Assembly: GCA_023231475.1 (NCBI GenBank)
Contig: JALJEE010001981.1
Location: 1-51,635, forward strand
DNA: 51,635 nt
Reading direction: 5' to 3'
From: Seison nebaliae
Taxonomy: Eukaryota
Both the position numbers and the translations under genes were made by a program. The notes below the pieces were generated by a model. The model did not search any database and was not told the origin of the DNA. It saw only the letters and a program-made list of their open reading frames with translations. This document shows, in pieces, positions 37,230-48,800 of this stretch (the first letter of the stretch is position 1; each line of letters starts with the position of its first letter).

Positions 37230-40200
37230 ATGAATGAAGACGATAAATTGGAGAAGAAGACAGAGGAAGAAGAGGAAGATGAGAAGAAGACAAATGGGAT
37301 TGATATGTGTCGTGTGTGTCGAAGTGAAGGTGTGATTGGAAAAGATCTCTTCTATCCATGTCGATGTAGTGGTAGTATCAAATTCATTCATCAACAATGC
37401 CTCAAACAATGGATGAATTATAGTCGGAGTGCAACATGTGAATTATGTAAATTCAAATTCAATTTTCAAAAAGTCTATTTACCAGGCACACCATCTCGAA
37501 TGTCCTTCTTTCTTCTCCTTCGTGCCATGTTCATGTTTGTGGTGGGTAAGTTGCGAGGTATTTTCCATATCGGATTCGCAATATTTTGTTGGACAATATT
37601 CGTTCCACTAGTCATTTGGCAATTATCTTATAAACTGTTTTACAATCGAATTATTATTTATCACACACCGCCACCCGTCACGCCCCCTCCACCTACTAGC
37701 ATGTCATTAAATGACGATTTGATGAAGGAGCCGATCATATTACAATTGTCCGATTCGGATTTTATCGAACAATATTCCGAAGATGAATTATTAGCGAATG
37801 AGGAACGAAATCGTCTCAATAAATATTACTGGTCGATGGGCAAAGATATTTTATATGGGGAATTATTCGGTTTAGTCGTTGTTTTCAGTGCCTTCTGTTT
37901 CTTCCTCTTCTTCGTATGGGTGAAGGATAAATTAAAAAATAATGTGCCAAAATGGTTGAAGGAACATTTGGATGAATTGCAGAAGAAAATAGGAAAAGGT
38001 GAAACGAATGATGAAGGAAAGAAAGAAGGGTTTGTAAATGGAGAAGAAAATTCACCTGCCAAATTGAGAATTGCACGAATCAATCCATTGAGACGTTATC
38101 AAATGAAACGAATTAATATTTATGGATATAAAATTTATTATAATAATTTCAAAATATTTCTCGCCATCAAACGGAAAGTGAATGAATTGTATGTGAACTA
38201 TTTGAAGAGAACGATTGAAAAGGAAGAGGAACGACCCAATCCAACTGAGAATGATATTAAAGAAATGAAAAATTTCTTCATTTCTTCATTGAAACTCATT
38301 CAACAATTTGATCGATCACTAAAATCAGAATTGGAAGATTATGACGAAAATATCATAGAGAAGAGATTAAATGAAATTCGAACTGTTCTCAATTTCAATT
38401 TAACACGAACATCAATTGAAGCGAATGAGATTTTGAAAGTTCTCGTCTTTTCTCTTAATATCGATAAATCTCATTATTGTCCTGGGATTGATAATTTGGA
38501 GAAAGAGGAGAATGGATTAGTGGAATTGTTAATGAGATCGTTGGGGAAATTATTCATTATGTTCCAATTGTCGCGTGGAGAATTGACTCAATTGTTTTAC
38601 TTCTCCAAATTTAATAATTTCACTTTATTAGATTTCATCGATCGATATCATTTATTCGATTTGAATTTATTGAAATTTAATCAATTCGCTGATCATTTAA
38701 TGTTCAATGTTCCGCCACATCTCCTCTTTCAATTCAATAGTCGAATGAATGAAATTTCCATGAAGAATTATCTCCAATATTTCTTCCATTATCAACATCA
38801 AATCAAACGACATTTCTCTTTGTCTGCGTTGGAGATAAAGAGGAGATTACTCAATTGTTCCAATAATGAATTGTCGATAATGGAATCATATCTTTATCAA
38901 TCTGCTCATCCCAATTGGAATGAGAATATTCGATTTTATGATGATTATTCTCTATGTTTAAAAAAGGAAAGAATGTCAAAGAGTTTAATGAAATTTGCCG
39001 AATTCAATTTTCTGACAGAACATGAAAGAGATTTATCGTTCAATATGATTTGGGTTGATTGTATGGTGACGAGTCGATTATCATCCTTCTCTCTCGCTAA
39101 ATTATCTCACAAAGATTTATTCCAATTTCTGAAGTTATGGAAGGAAAATGGATCATCAGAAAAAATGAATCCGTTTCATATTCTCTTAATTATTCTTCTC
39201 AATTCATCATATGATCAAGATGATGATGATGATAATAATAATAATTATCGACAACAACGACAACAACAACAACATTCCTGCGCTCATCGACGATTGATTC
39301 GAATAGATGATGATGATGATGATGATTTAGATGTACAACAAGAAAACGAGGAAGAAGAAGAAGATGAAAATAATTTAATGAATGAACAAGTTAATAATGA
39401 CAACAACAACAACAACAACAATCATAATGAGGAGAATGAAGAGAATAATAATCATGAAGAATTTCCAGTAATTCCACCACCAGCCGAAGAATTGACATGG
39501 ACGAATTTTTTAGGATTTGATGGAAAATTCTCATTTATCGAACATATACTATGGTTGATTTCACTCATTTTTATATTTCTCTCTTTTGGAATGTTATTAC
39601 CACATGAGATTGGTGGTCATCTCGTTGCTCTCAGTTCACCAGTGAATAAGGCATTAATGACACGACCTGTCTATCATGCTATCATCGCCATTTTCATCGG
39701 ATATATCATGCTCTCCATTTGGTTATACATCGCTTTTAAACTCAGTTTTTATTTACGCGACGTCCATCTCGCTAACATTTTTGCCATTACTTATCTCGTC
39801 ATTCGAACGGGATTATTCATCATTTACGATCTCGTTCTCATTCCGTTGGCAATTGGTTTTATTCTCGATCTTCTCACATTAGACATTTCGGGACAAACGG
39901 TTGATGGTCGTCTTCTTCAGTTAGCGAATGGACCAACATCTTTTCTCGCCTTACATTATGTACCAGGCATTTTCGTTATCATCGTTTTCTGGCAACATAT
40001 GGTTTTCTTGAAGGAACGGATGCAATCACACATCTTCCCCACATTACATCAAACGGTGGACGATGAAGATTCCATCAAAAATCTTATTATTCTTGATGTA
40101 CATCATACGATTCTTGGCGGTCTTCAACTCATTTCTGTCATCTCTCTGATAATGATTTCCGTCATTCTTCCATCAGTTTATATCATCAAATCATTGATAC

Positions 40201-43200
40201 CATCCACTCTACCATATCATCTAGATGACGATTACACCATTTCATTATCTCCCAATCAATTCGATCTTATTCTCAATCGAACAATTCCTCTACATATGTC
40301 TTATCGTCATCGTCATAAAAAGGAGAAACAAAAGAGTAAATTATTCAGCATCAGTCGTCCAAAACTTCAACAGATCGAGAGTCCGATTAGATTAGCAACT
40401 TTCAATCGATATTCTGCTTCAGAAACAAAAACCATTGTTGATGATGATTTCGATCTTTCAAATGAACAATTATTAGATCACATTTTACCTGCATTCACTT
40501 CAGGTTCCGGATCAGCCTCATCTCTCAATTCGCCACACGATCTCATTTATCAAACATTCTTCGCTCTCATCTCTTTCTGTTATATCATTAATCTCTTTAT
40601 TCCTACCATCATCCTTCCCATCATCAACGAACTCATATATTTCAATTCGATGTATGAACGATTCTTCGAACGATTTCTATGTAGTTCAGCTCGACTATTC
40701 GGTATTTATGATTTAGTGATGAAAAGTGAAGAAGAATTAATTCGATTATTTCGGAGAATGTACATGAATATTCATCAGGAGAATGATGAAGCAGCTGATG
40801 ATGATGAAGATGATCCAGATCATAATCCACGTCCAAATCGAGAGAATACTCAAAGAAGAAATACATTAACATTCACTGCTCTTATTAAACGATCAATGAA
40901 AAAGGAGAATAATTCACATCAGTTAACATCGAATTTTTATTTCGAACAATTGAAATTTTGGAAAGCGAATAACAAATTCAAAATGTTCCATAATATCTTC
41001 TTCTATCAACTCTTCTGTATCGTCACATTTACTCTGATGATAATTCTTCTTTCACTTCGAGTTGTTTTCCTTCCATTAATCACGATTGTCGCTCAACGTA
41101 TCGATCGATATTGGGAATTGATCGGTTTGGCTCGATCGAAAATCTCATCTGGATTTCATGGAATTGCTGAACGATTCCGACAATTGACAATGGTGAAAAT
41201 TCGTTATTTCTTATTTCTACTCTTCATTTGGATATTCGTCACTTTGACCTTCATCTTACTATTATGTGCGCCCATATTCATTGGACGTGAAGCGATGAAA
41301 GAATTGATGAAATTAATCTATTATCCAGAAGCGAGTTTCTTCCAATATCTCAATTTGATCATTTTCTCTGAATGGAAAGCATCGAAATTATTCGGATTAT
41401 TAGAAATCGATGATAGTGCTTATCTTTTCCTAAGTAAAGATATCTCATCAAGAATACCATTATCACCACCACCTTTCTCAGAATTCGGAGAAATGTTAAG
41501 AAATATCGAATTGTCAACAATCGTGAAAAATCTTTATTTAGTTCCTATGTCTTTATCACCCGCACTATTTTACGGTTTCCCTTCTTGTCATGTCATGTCG
41601 TTATTGCAAAATATGTCAGAAGAAGAAGAGACAGGAAGAAAAGGTCGATTGTTCGAAAAATATTACAATTATATCTGTCAATTCAAACCAGACGAATCAA
41701 TTAACTTCCCTCAATGTGACTTACCAAATCTCCAACAGAAAACGACAAGTCTTCGAAAGAAATTTCCTTTCCTTTCTTACTATCAACATAAACACGTTCT
41801 CTCTCGATCATTCACTCCAGCCACTTATCTGAACTATCCAAATCTCACCAATTCATTTCAATTATTTCCACCCGAAAATTCAATTTATAATTTTCTCAAA
41901 AATTCACCTAATCATATTCATTGGGAATATAGTGAACAGTTGATGAAAAGTGACGAGACGTATTTCCTTTCAATCATCTTCAACGATTTTCTCATTTTTA
42001 ATTTCTTTTGGCTATTACTCGCCATTTCTTTTGCCACTTATCATGCGACACGTAGACGATTATATCGATTCTATCGTCGACATATTACGGACGGTACGAA
42101 ATTGTTATGGCTTCGACATATTCTCACTTATTATCGACTCATATTATTAAGACGAACACGACTCATCATCATCTTTCTGGATCGAATGTTCAATCTCCAA
42201 CAAGTCGATCCATCAAAGGAATTAATGCGAATGAATGTTCTCTCTCAATTCGATCAAAGTCGTAATCATCATCCATATTTCCGTTATTGGTCTTTCTATT
42301 GCGAATTCAAAAATAATCTCCTTACCAAATGTTTGGAATGGACATATCTCAATCAAGATATAAACGAACGGAACGAAGATGAAAACAATCGAAATCGGAT
42401 AAGACGTAAACGATTTCCTGATATTTTCTCCAATTCTTTTTTCGACGGTTCCAATGAGGAAAGCGAAAATTCAATTATTTTCCAAAGAAAATATTCTACG
42501 ACCGATCAAACATTCAAAATAAGATTACGAACAATATGTCTCTATTATATCCGTCTATTATTAGCACTCTTCTCCAATTTGGTAGTGACGATGAAATTGG
42601 TAAGTCGATCGTTTTTTGCTGCCTATCTCCGACAAGTCATGTTGAGGAATTTGAAACATTTCGGATATTATCTCATTCAATGTACGATGACAGTAAGTCG
42701 ATTTCTTTTCGTCTTTATTTTTGCTATGGGTTTCGTCCCATTTCTTTATGGACTAATTGTTGAACTCATCATATTTCGGCCAGTCAACCAGACGTTCGAT
42801 ATGACAAGCGAAACGAGTGAATTCATTTCTGTTAGTCATTTCTTATCGATTATCTAATTTAATCCATAATTTTTTTTCAGACATGGTCCACTGGCGCCTT
42901 TTTCCTCAAATTACGCGTCTTCACCGAATTAATGTTAAATGCTCAAGGAACTTTCATTCAAGAAATTCTTCATGTTTCTTTTTCTTTCATTCAATCTCAA
43001 ACAATTTTTTCTTTTAGTTATATGCTCGTGGAATTGAACCTGGTGCCGTTTTCCGCTTATGGAGGACGATCGTTCGACCAACGATTAATTTTGCGATAAT
43101 CATTTTGTTACTTCCTTTCATTTTCATTGAATTCTTCGCAATTCCTATAAGTTAATTTTAATTTCTATTTCTATTTTATACGACTTTTTTCCATTAGTTG

Positions 43201-43450
43201 GTAACAATCTGGTATTATATACCCATTTGAACCAATGGATATATTGTTATTATTTCATCTTGTTGGGTTGCGGATTCCTTATCAATCTATTTATCAAATC
43301 ACTAAAGCGTCTGCAACTGTACCTCCATGATGAGAAGTTTATATCTTCCTCTCATTTTCCATAATTCTCTTTTTCTCCATCAGATATCTCATCGGAACGT
43401 TATTAGTTAATTATGATAATTCTATGCCATCGACTACCACTTCATCATGA
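37230..43450 (+). CDS. MARCHF6: ER-membrane RING-CH E3 ubiquitin ligase MARCH6/Doa10/TEB4, 5 exons, ~2010 aa
   Basis: RING-CH CRVCRSEG...LFYPCRCSGSIKFIHQQCL..W....CELCK, TD-region AEELTWTNFLGFDG and C-terminal DEKYLIGTLLVNYD (cf. NDKYLVGQRLVNYE). Exons 37230-42830, 42881-42973, 43018-43150, 43198-43336 and 43384-43450. Confidence 0.95.
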
Positions 43451-43784
43451 TGTAGAGATCGAATTATCACAAATTACATTTTACGATTAAAATTCTTATA
43501 AAGTTTTTTCGAAGTGATTTATACTTAAAATGTTCAAGAAATGTCCCATAAATTTTGGGAGATAAACTAGGAGGGAAAAGTTGTTAAGAATTAGACATCA
43601 TAATAAAAATAGGTGAACGTATGAAATGAAATAAATAAATGAATAATAAAATTCCAGAATAATAAAATGTTCGAATATTCTCGTAAAATAATAAAATTGA
43701 ATTAATAAAATTATTATTTCATCAATTAATTTTTTGTTAAATCTCGTCAGACAGTTAAATGTTCGGGGAATGGAAGATTTATTA

Positions 43785-43999
43785 TTATTGGCAGTTCGTA
43801 ATGTCCTGCAATTGGCTACGAGAAGAGTGATTCTCTTTAGAATCGCTAGAACGATTCCTTTGGAGAATATTCATAAATTGTTGAAAAGTCGAAAGAGCGA
43901 AAAAATTTCTGGAGAATCAATGTGAACATCTTAAATGCAATATAGATATTTAACTTATGGTTGTCGATAAAGACACCAAATGTGAATGGTCCCGTCTGA
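43785..43999 (-). CDS. Putative terminal exon(s) or micro-ORF encoding a KEN box and D-box (…MNILQRNRSSDSKENHSSRSQLQDITNCQ*)
   Basis: ATG at 43874, stop at 43787-43785, AATAAA directly downstream. A 46-nt GTT-AG intron (43954-43909) joins in phase to 43999-43955 (QTGPFTFGVFIDNHK). Upstream exons are unresolved. Confidence 0.4.
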
Positions 44000-44634
44000 C
44001 TATAGGATGGCGGTCAGATTGGTTATCTCAATGAGGAAAATTCTAATTATATTTCTATTAATATTTTTCATTCAACTCTCATAGATCTCTCTCGAAGTTT
44101 TCTTCCTGATCTATTGATCTATTGATATCTAACAATTTCTATCTCTCAGATTACTTTCCATTATGTTCATATTTCGCCGATTATTCCTCTTGTTAGAAGG
44201 ATGAATGGTGATCACTCGTTTGATACGGAAGCCATAATGACATTCTTTGATTCTTTTACATACTTCATAAGAAGTATCTTTCGTTCTCTCTCGTACCTAT
44301 TTCTTATCTTTCTATTTGTATCTAACAAAACTTGTAAATAAAAACTATTTATCAAAACGCTTCATAATATTTCTTCTGATATATTCTAATAATGTTCATG
44401 AATATAAAAAGTTTTTTGAATTCATTAATAAACCGGTTGACCATTAATAATGAGACACCGTAATAAAAATAAGTGAACGTATAAAATGAAATAAATTAAA
44501 TTGAAGTAACAATAATAAATTTATAAAAAGAATGTTTGAATATTTTTAAAACTATAAGATAATTGAGATTAACGCAGAAAAACCATATATAATTGTTTAA
44601 TGAGTAAAATCATAAAATTTAATTAAGGAAAATA

Positions 44635-45015
44635 TTATTCCATCATCTTGTTGGCATATGAAAGATAAACGAGAGAATCATAATAAAGACCATCAAAATT
44701 GTTAACGAGGAAGGTTTTATGTTTTATGAGCCGAAAGACTAGTGTCAAATTCATACCGACCATCACGAAAATGACGACGGCAATGGGTAGAACGAAAGCG
44801 GCAGCAAATGGTAACGATTCATAGAGATTGATCGATAATAACTGACGATTTGTATGAGTCTTGCTAATAATTTCATAATTTTGCCGTTCTAATTCCAGAG
44901 CATCCTCTGGTGTTTTAATATGATTATTATTATTCTTTATTTCAATTTTCTTTATAACTGATTGATTACAACGTTCGCACAACAACAATACTATGAGGAG
45001 TATTGGAAAAAACAT
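44635..45015 (-). CDS. Small orphan secreted/single-pass membrane protein, 126 aa
   Basis: Signal-like MFFPILLIVLLLC and TM-like LPFAAAFVLPIAVVIFVMVGMNLTLVF; clean ORF, head-to-head with MIC19 (195-bp gap). Confidence 0.6.
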   Translation of the reverse strand: MFFPILLIVLLLCERCNQSVIKKIEIKNNNNHIKTPEDALELERQNYEIISKTHTNRQLLSINLYESLPFAAAFVLPIAVVIFVMVGMNLTLVFRLIKHKTFLVNNFDGLYYDSLVYLSYANKMME

Positions 45016-45210
45016 TTAAATTTTTTTAAGTTTCAAAACTGTATCTGTTCCCTTTCTTTCTAACGTTAGTCTAATGATTTGAGACTGTTAATTTTAACAT
45101 TGATTTCATCATTAACACTTGTTAATTGTTTGAAATAATTGGCCTTTCCCATAAGAAACCGTAAAGAAATTTAATTATTTACTAATCTCTGATGTTGAGT
45201 AAACAAGAGA

Positions 45211-45652
45211 ATGGGCAACGCGTCTAGTCGAGAAGTAGTGATGAAGAATCCGAATGAACCGGATGAGCCGGATATCATAATTTCGGAAGAAGTAAAAAAT
45301 TGGTTAGAGAAGGACAACGAGCCGAAAATTTCACAAAAATTAGATACGGAAGCGGCGTTAATGTATCGAGAGAAATTGGACTCAATAGTGAAACGCCAAA
45401 ATGATTCGATGAGATTAAACGGTTTAAATATCCTCCAACTTAATAATTATTATTGTTTATTAAATAGCTGATGGTTTTAATGATGCGGTAACGGAAATTA
45501 AACGAATGTTCCCTCGATTAAAAGACGAACCAAATTATCGATGTTTATCCGAACGAGAAATGGTAATGGATTGTTTGAAAGTGAAAAAGGATAAACCACT
45601 TCAATGTCTCGATTATACGAATGCATTTTATGATTGTGTTTATTCTTCATAA
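45211..45652 (+). CDS. CHCHD3: MICOS subunit MIC19/MIC25 (CHCHD3/6-like), 2 exons, 131 aa
   Basis: N-myristoylation-type start MGNASS. Exons 45211-45421 and 45468-45652 (46-nt intron) give a twin CX9C: CLSEREMVMDC-x10-CLDYTNAFYDC. Confidence 0.85.
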
Positions 45653-45847
45653 ATAACATCATCTCTACTAGAAACGAAACTTTTTCATGACACTTTTCTC
45701 CCCATTCATTTTTATTTTAAAATTGATGAATTAAATTTTATAGTTTCTCATTTTTGAGAAATTATTTCAAATCGTTATTATGGGGAGAGAAATGAGTGTC
45801 GAAATAAACACATTTATTTCTTTATGAAGAGCAAAAAAAAAATATTT

Positions 45848-48800
45848 TCAAATCATTTTCAATAAGTTTTCCGTATGATTAATACGACGGAATTCAGACA
45901 TCTCCATAAATCGGGGAGAAATCATGAGTTGTGAATGTTTCTTACGAATATGCTCCAACAAGTGGAATTTGTACATATGCCAGAGAGCGAGTAGAGAATA
46001 TCTTAAAACGGCAAGACGATTACCAGAGAGGAAAGCAGGAAGATGATATTCTTTTTCACCCAACATTTCGTCATGAGTATGTTCTGTTTGGATATCAGTT
46101 ATTTGAACTTTTCGATAAACATTTAATGTGAACCAAAAAGTGGCAGCCATATCATAATTATGAGTTTGACAAAGAATTAAAATGATGTGTTCGATGACGT
46201 CTTCGTTGAGAACGATTGGCATTAATTGTCGATAAAGATTGATGAGTGAAGTTTGTGCACTTTTAGTTGGTTCGATTTGTTCGCTAATTTGCATGAGATC
46301 GAACAATCGTTTATGAAGATGAACATGTGTTCGATCTTTCCCGTAATTTGGATTGCGTACCAATAATCCGGAAGAATAATGAGATTTTATTAATAGTTCG
46401 AAGAGAATCATTGGATCGATCACATACATAAGTGTAGAATATTGATGAATGAAAGTGTGAAGGAAAGGAAGACGTAATGTCTGATAGACATAAGTGTGAC
46501 GAGCGAATGATTGATGTACTTCCTCCCAAGTCGCTCCAACATTCTTGAGATATTCTTTAAATTGACACAAATTAAATTCGATCTCTTTCAATTTCTCATT
46601 GAATTGATTGAGTTGAAGTGTGATGAAAGCAGCAGCTCGTTCATCTCTTTTCTCTCGTCCTATTAACAATGCTACACTATCACGTCGTTTAATAAGAAGT
46701 CGTTCACGAAACCATAAACAAGCGGCCACATCTTTATTAAGAGTAAATGTCGTTTCAAATTTCTTCATATTCTCATCTTCCACTTCTCCATCCTCTACTT
46801 CCGATGAAGCAAGTGCACCATCTTTCGATGTCAATAATGATTGGAAATTAATGTTGTTGTTGTTGTTGTTGTTTTGTTGAAGGAAATTCCTCAATAATAT
46901 TTCTTCACATTTTCCTCGATATATTTGCCATTTCTTCATTTCGATTAGGAAAATTTCTTTCGCCTCTTTTTGTTGTTTCTCTAATTTTCTCACATAATAT
47001 CGAATAAGTGGAATGAGAACGTCTCTTGCTGTCGTTGTACATGGAGCGATGAAAGACGAATGCATGAGAAGAATGAATTGAGATGTTAATGAATGACGAT
47101 CGTTATCGGAAAGATAAGCATGAATTTCAAAGAGAAGTGATGAGAAAAGATCTGATAATTTTTGTGGGACTTGTTTCCTTGTCAATTCTGTTATGACGTC
47201 CGTCTCCGTCATACAGAGTTGTTGAAGAAGATTAAAAATGATGGATGTATATTGTTTATTCGTGTTCTCTTGATTTATCACCGTTTTATCTTTCAATGAT
47301 GATAATGGAGTTCCTTCCAAAAATTGTAAAGATCGATTTGTTAAACTGCTGATTTTGTCGATATAGAAATCGAGAATTTTTATCGTCATTTGTGCATTCA
47401 AGAAACGTGCTATTAACACTAGAACAACATCATTTAATACGAATGTTCCATATACGTTACCCAAATCACATTCCTCCGATTCCTCTTCTCCTTTCGTATT
47501 ATCTCCTTCTTGATGTTTCTCATTGACGGATTTGAAGGAAGAGAGAACAGATAACGACGTCGCCATACAATGTATGAGAGGAACGACATTCATATTCGAC
47601 AATTTCGCTCTCCATCTGATGGAAGTGAATTCGAAATTATTTCGTCGTTCGAGATTGACGAGAACTTGAACTCCGAATAAATTCTCCAATAATTTTATGT
47701 CATTCTCTGTCGTAACATTCTCCTGATGTAATTCGGAGGCAGTCGTCAATATGAGAAAGGTTTGATGGAGACAAGAAAGATATTTGTAAAAGAAACCAGA
47801 AGTTTCCAAATTTCTCAATTTCTGCAATAAACGAGGTCGCACTTTCCGATGTTTGATGAAATGAGAGGCCATATAAAGTAATTTGAGTTGAATGCAGAGC
47901 ACCTCACGATATCGACATAATTTGAACGGTTCACTAACTAATTGATTGACGATACTTGTCGTCAATAATTGTACGACACTACTATCTGCTAGAATTAATA
48001 CCATTTGTTTTGTATAATTATCCATTTGATCTTTATCTGGTGACGACGGTTGACTCGACATTCCTTGAATAACTAAACTATAAATTTGTTTGGCATGTTC
48101 AATGGAAACAGATCGTTCCATATGACATTGTTCTAATAATTGGACTACTCGATGAAATTCATCTGGATGTTGACTATCTACTAAATGTAAATCAGAATAA
48201 TAACAAGACAATTGATTACGGAATGTTGGAAGGAGGACATTACCATTCAATAATGAGTCCTCATTCATGATATTATAGAGATTGGATAAATTATGTTGAA
48301 ATTGAACATCAATTCGACGAAAATTCAATTTGTCGATATTGGAGAAATCGTGATAGATACCGATGTTAATAGGTAGAAGAAAAACTTCCGATACATTATT
48401 CATATCATGAATCGTCAATAATTCCGGATTATCTAACAAACCATAATGATTACATTTCCATTTTGGTGTTGGAATCAAATGATCGATACTGATATCTGTG
48501 ATTTTTTGTTGAATATCTAATCGAAGTTCCGCTAACGGTAATGATCGATTGTTGTAGAATAATTCCTGAATGTTGACGAGGAAATATTCAAATAATTTCC
48601 TTCCAAATGCAACATCGTTCGTGACGGAATTTTGGAAGACGCCTGATTGATTATAACGTCGTTCAGCGGCGTTTGCGAATTGTTGATGACGTCGTTGAAG
48701 GAAAGAACTATCATCACTAATATGAGCATTCTCTCTTGAACAAATGAAACGATATTGGAATTTGGGTATATGCATATTTCTCATTTCATTCACTAATTGT

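Noticed and set aside
43734..43925. 63-aa plus-strand ORF
   Set aside because: No motif; antisense to the better-supported KEN/D-box frame.
43975..44030. TCTGAC/GTCAGA hairpin with minus-strand ACA tail (H/ACA snoRNA?) and in-frame TGA at 44016-44014 (selenocysteine?)
   Set aside because: No lower stem, H box or SECIS seen; CTGAC...TAG is better explained as branch point plus acceptor.
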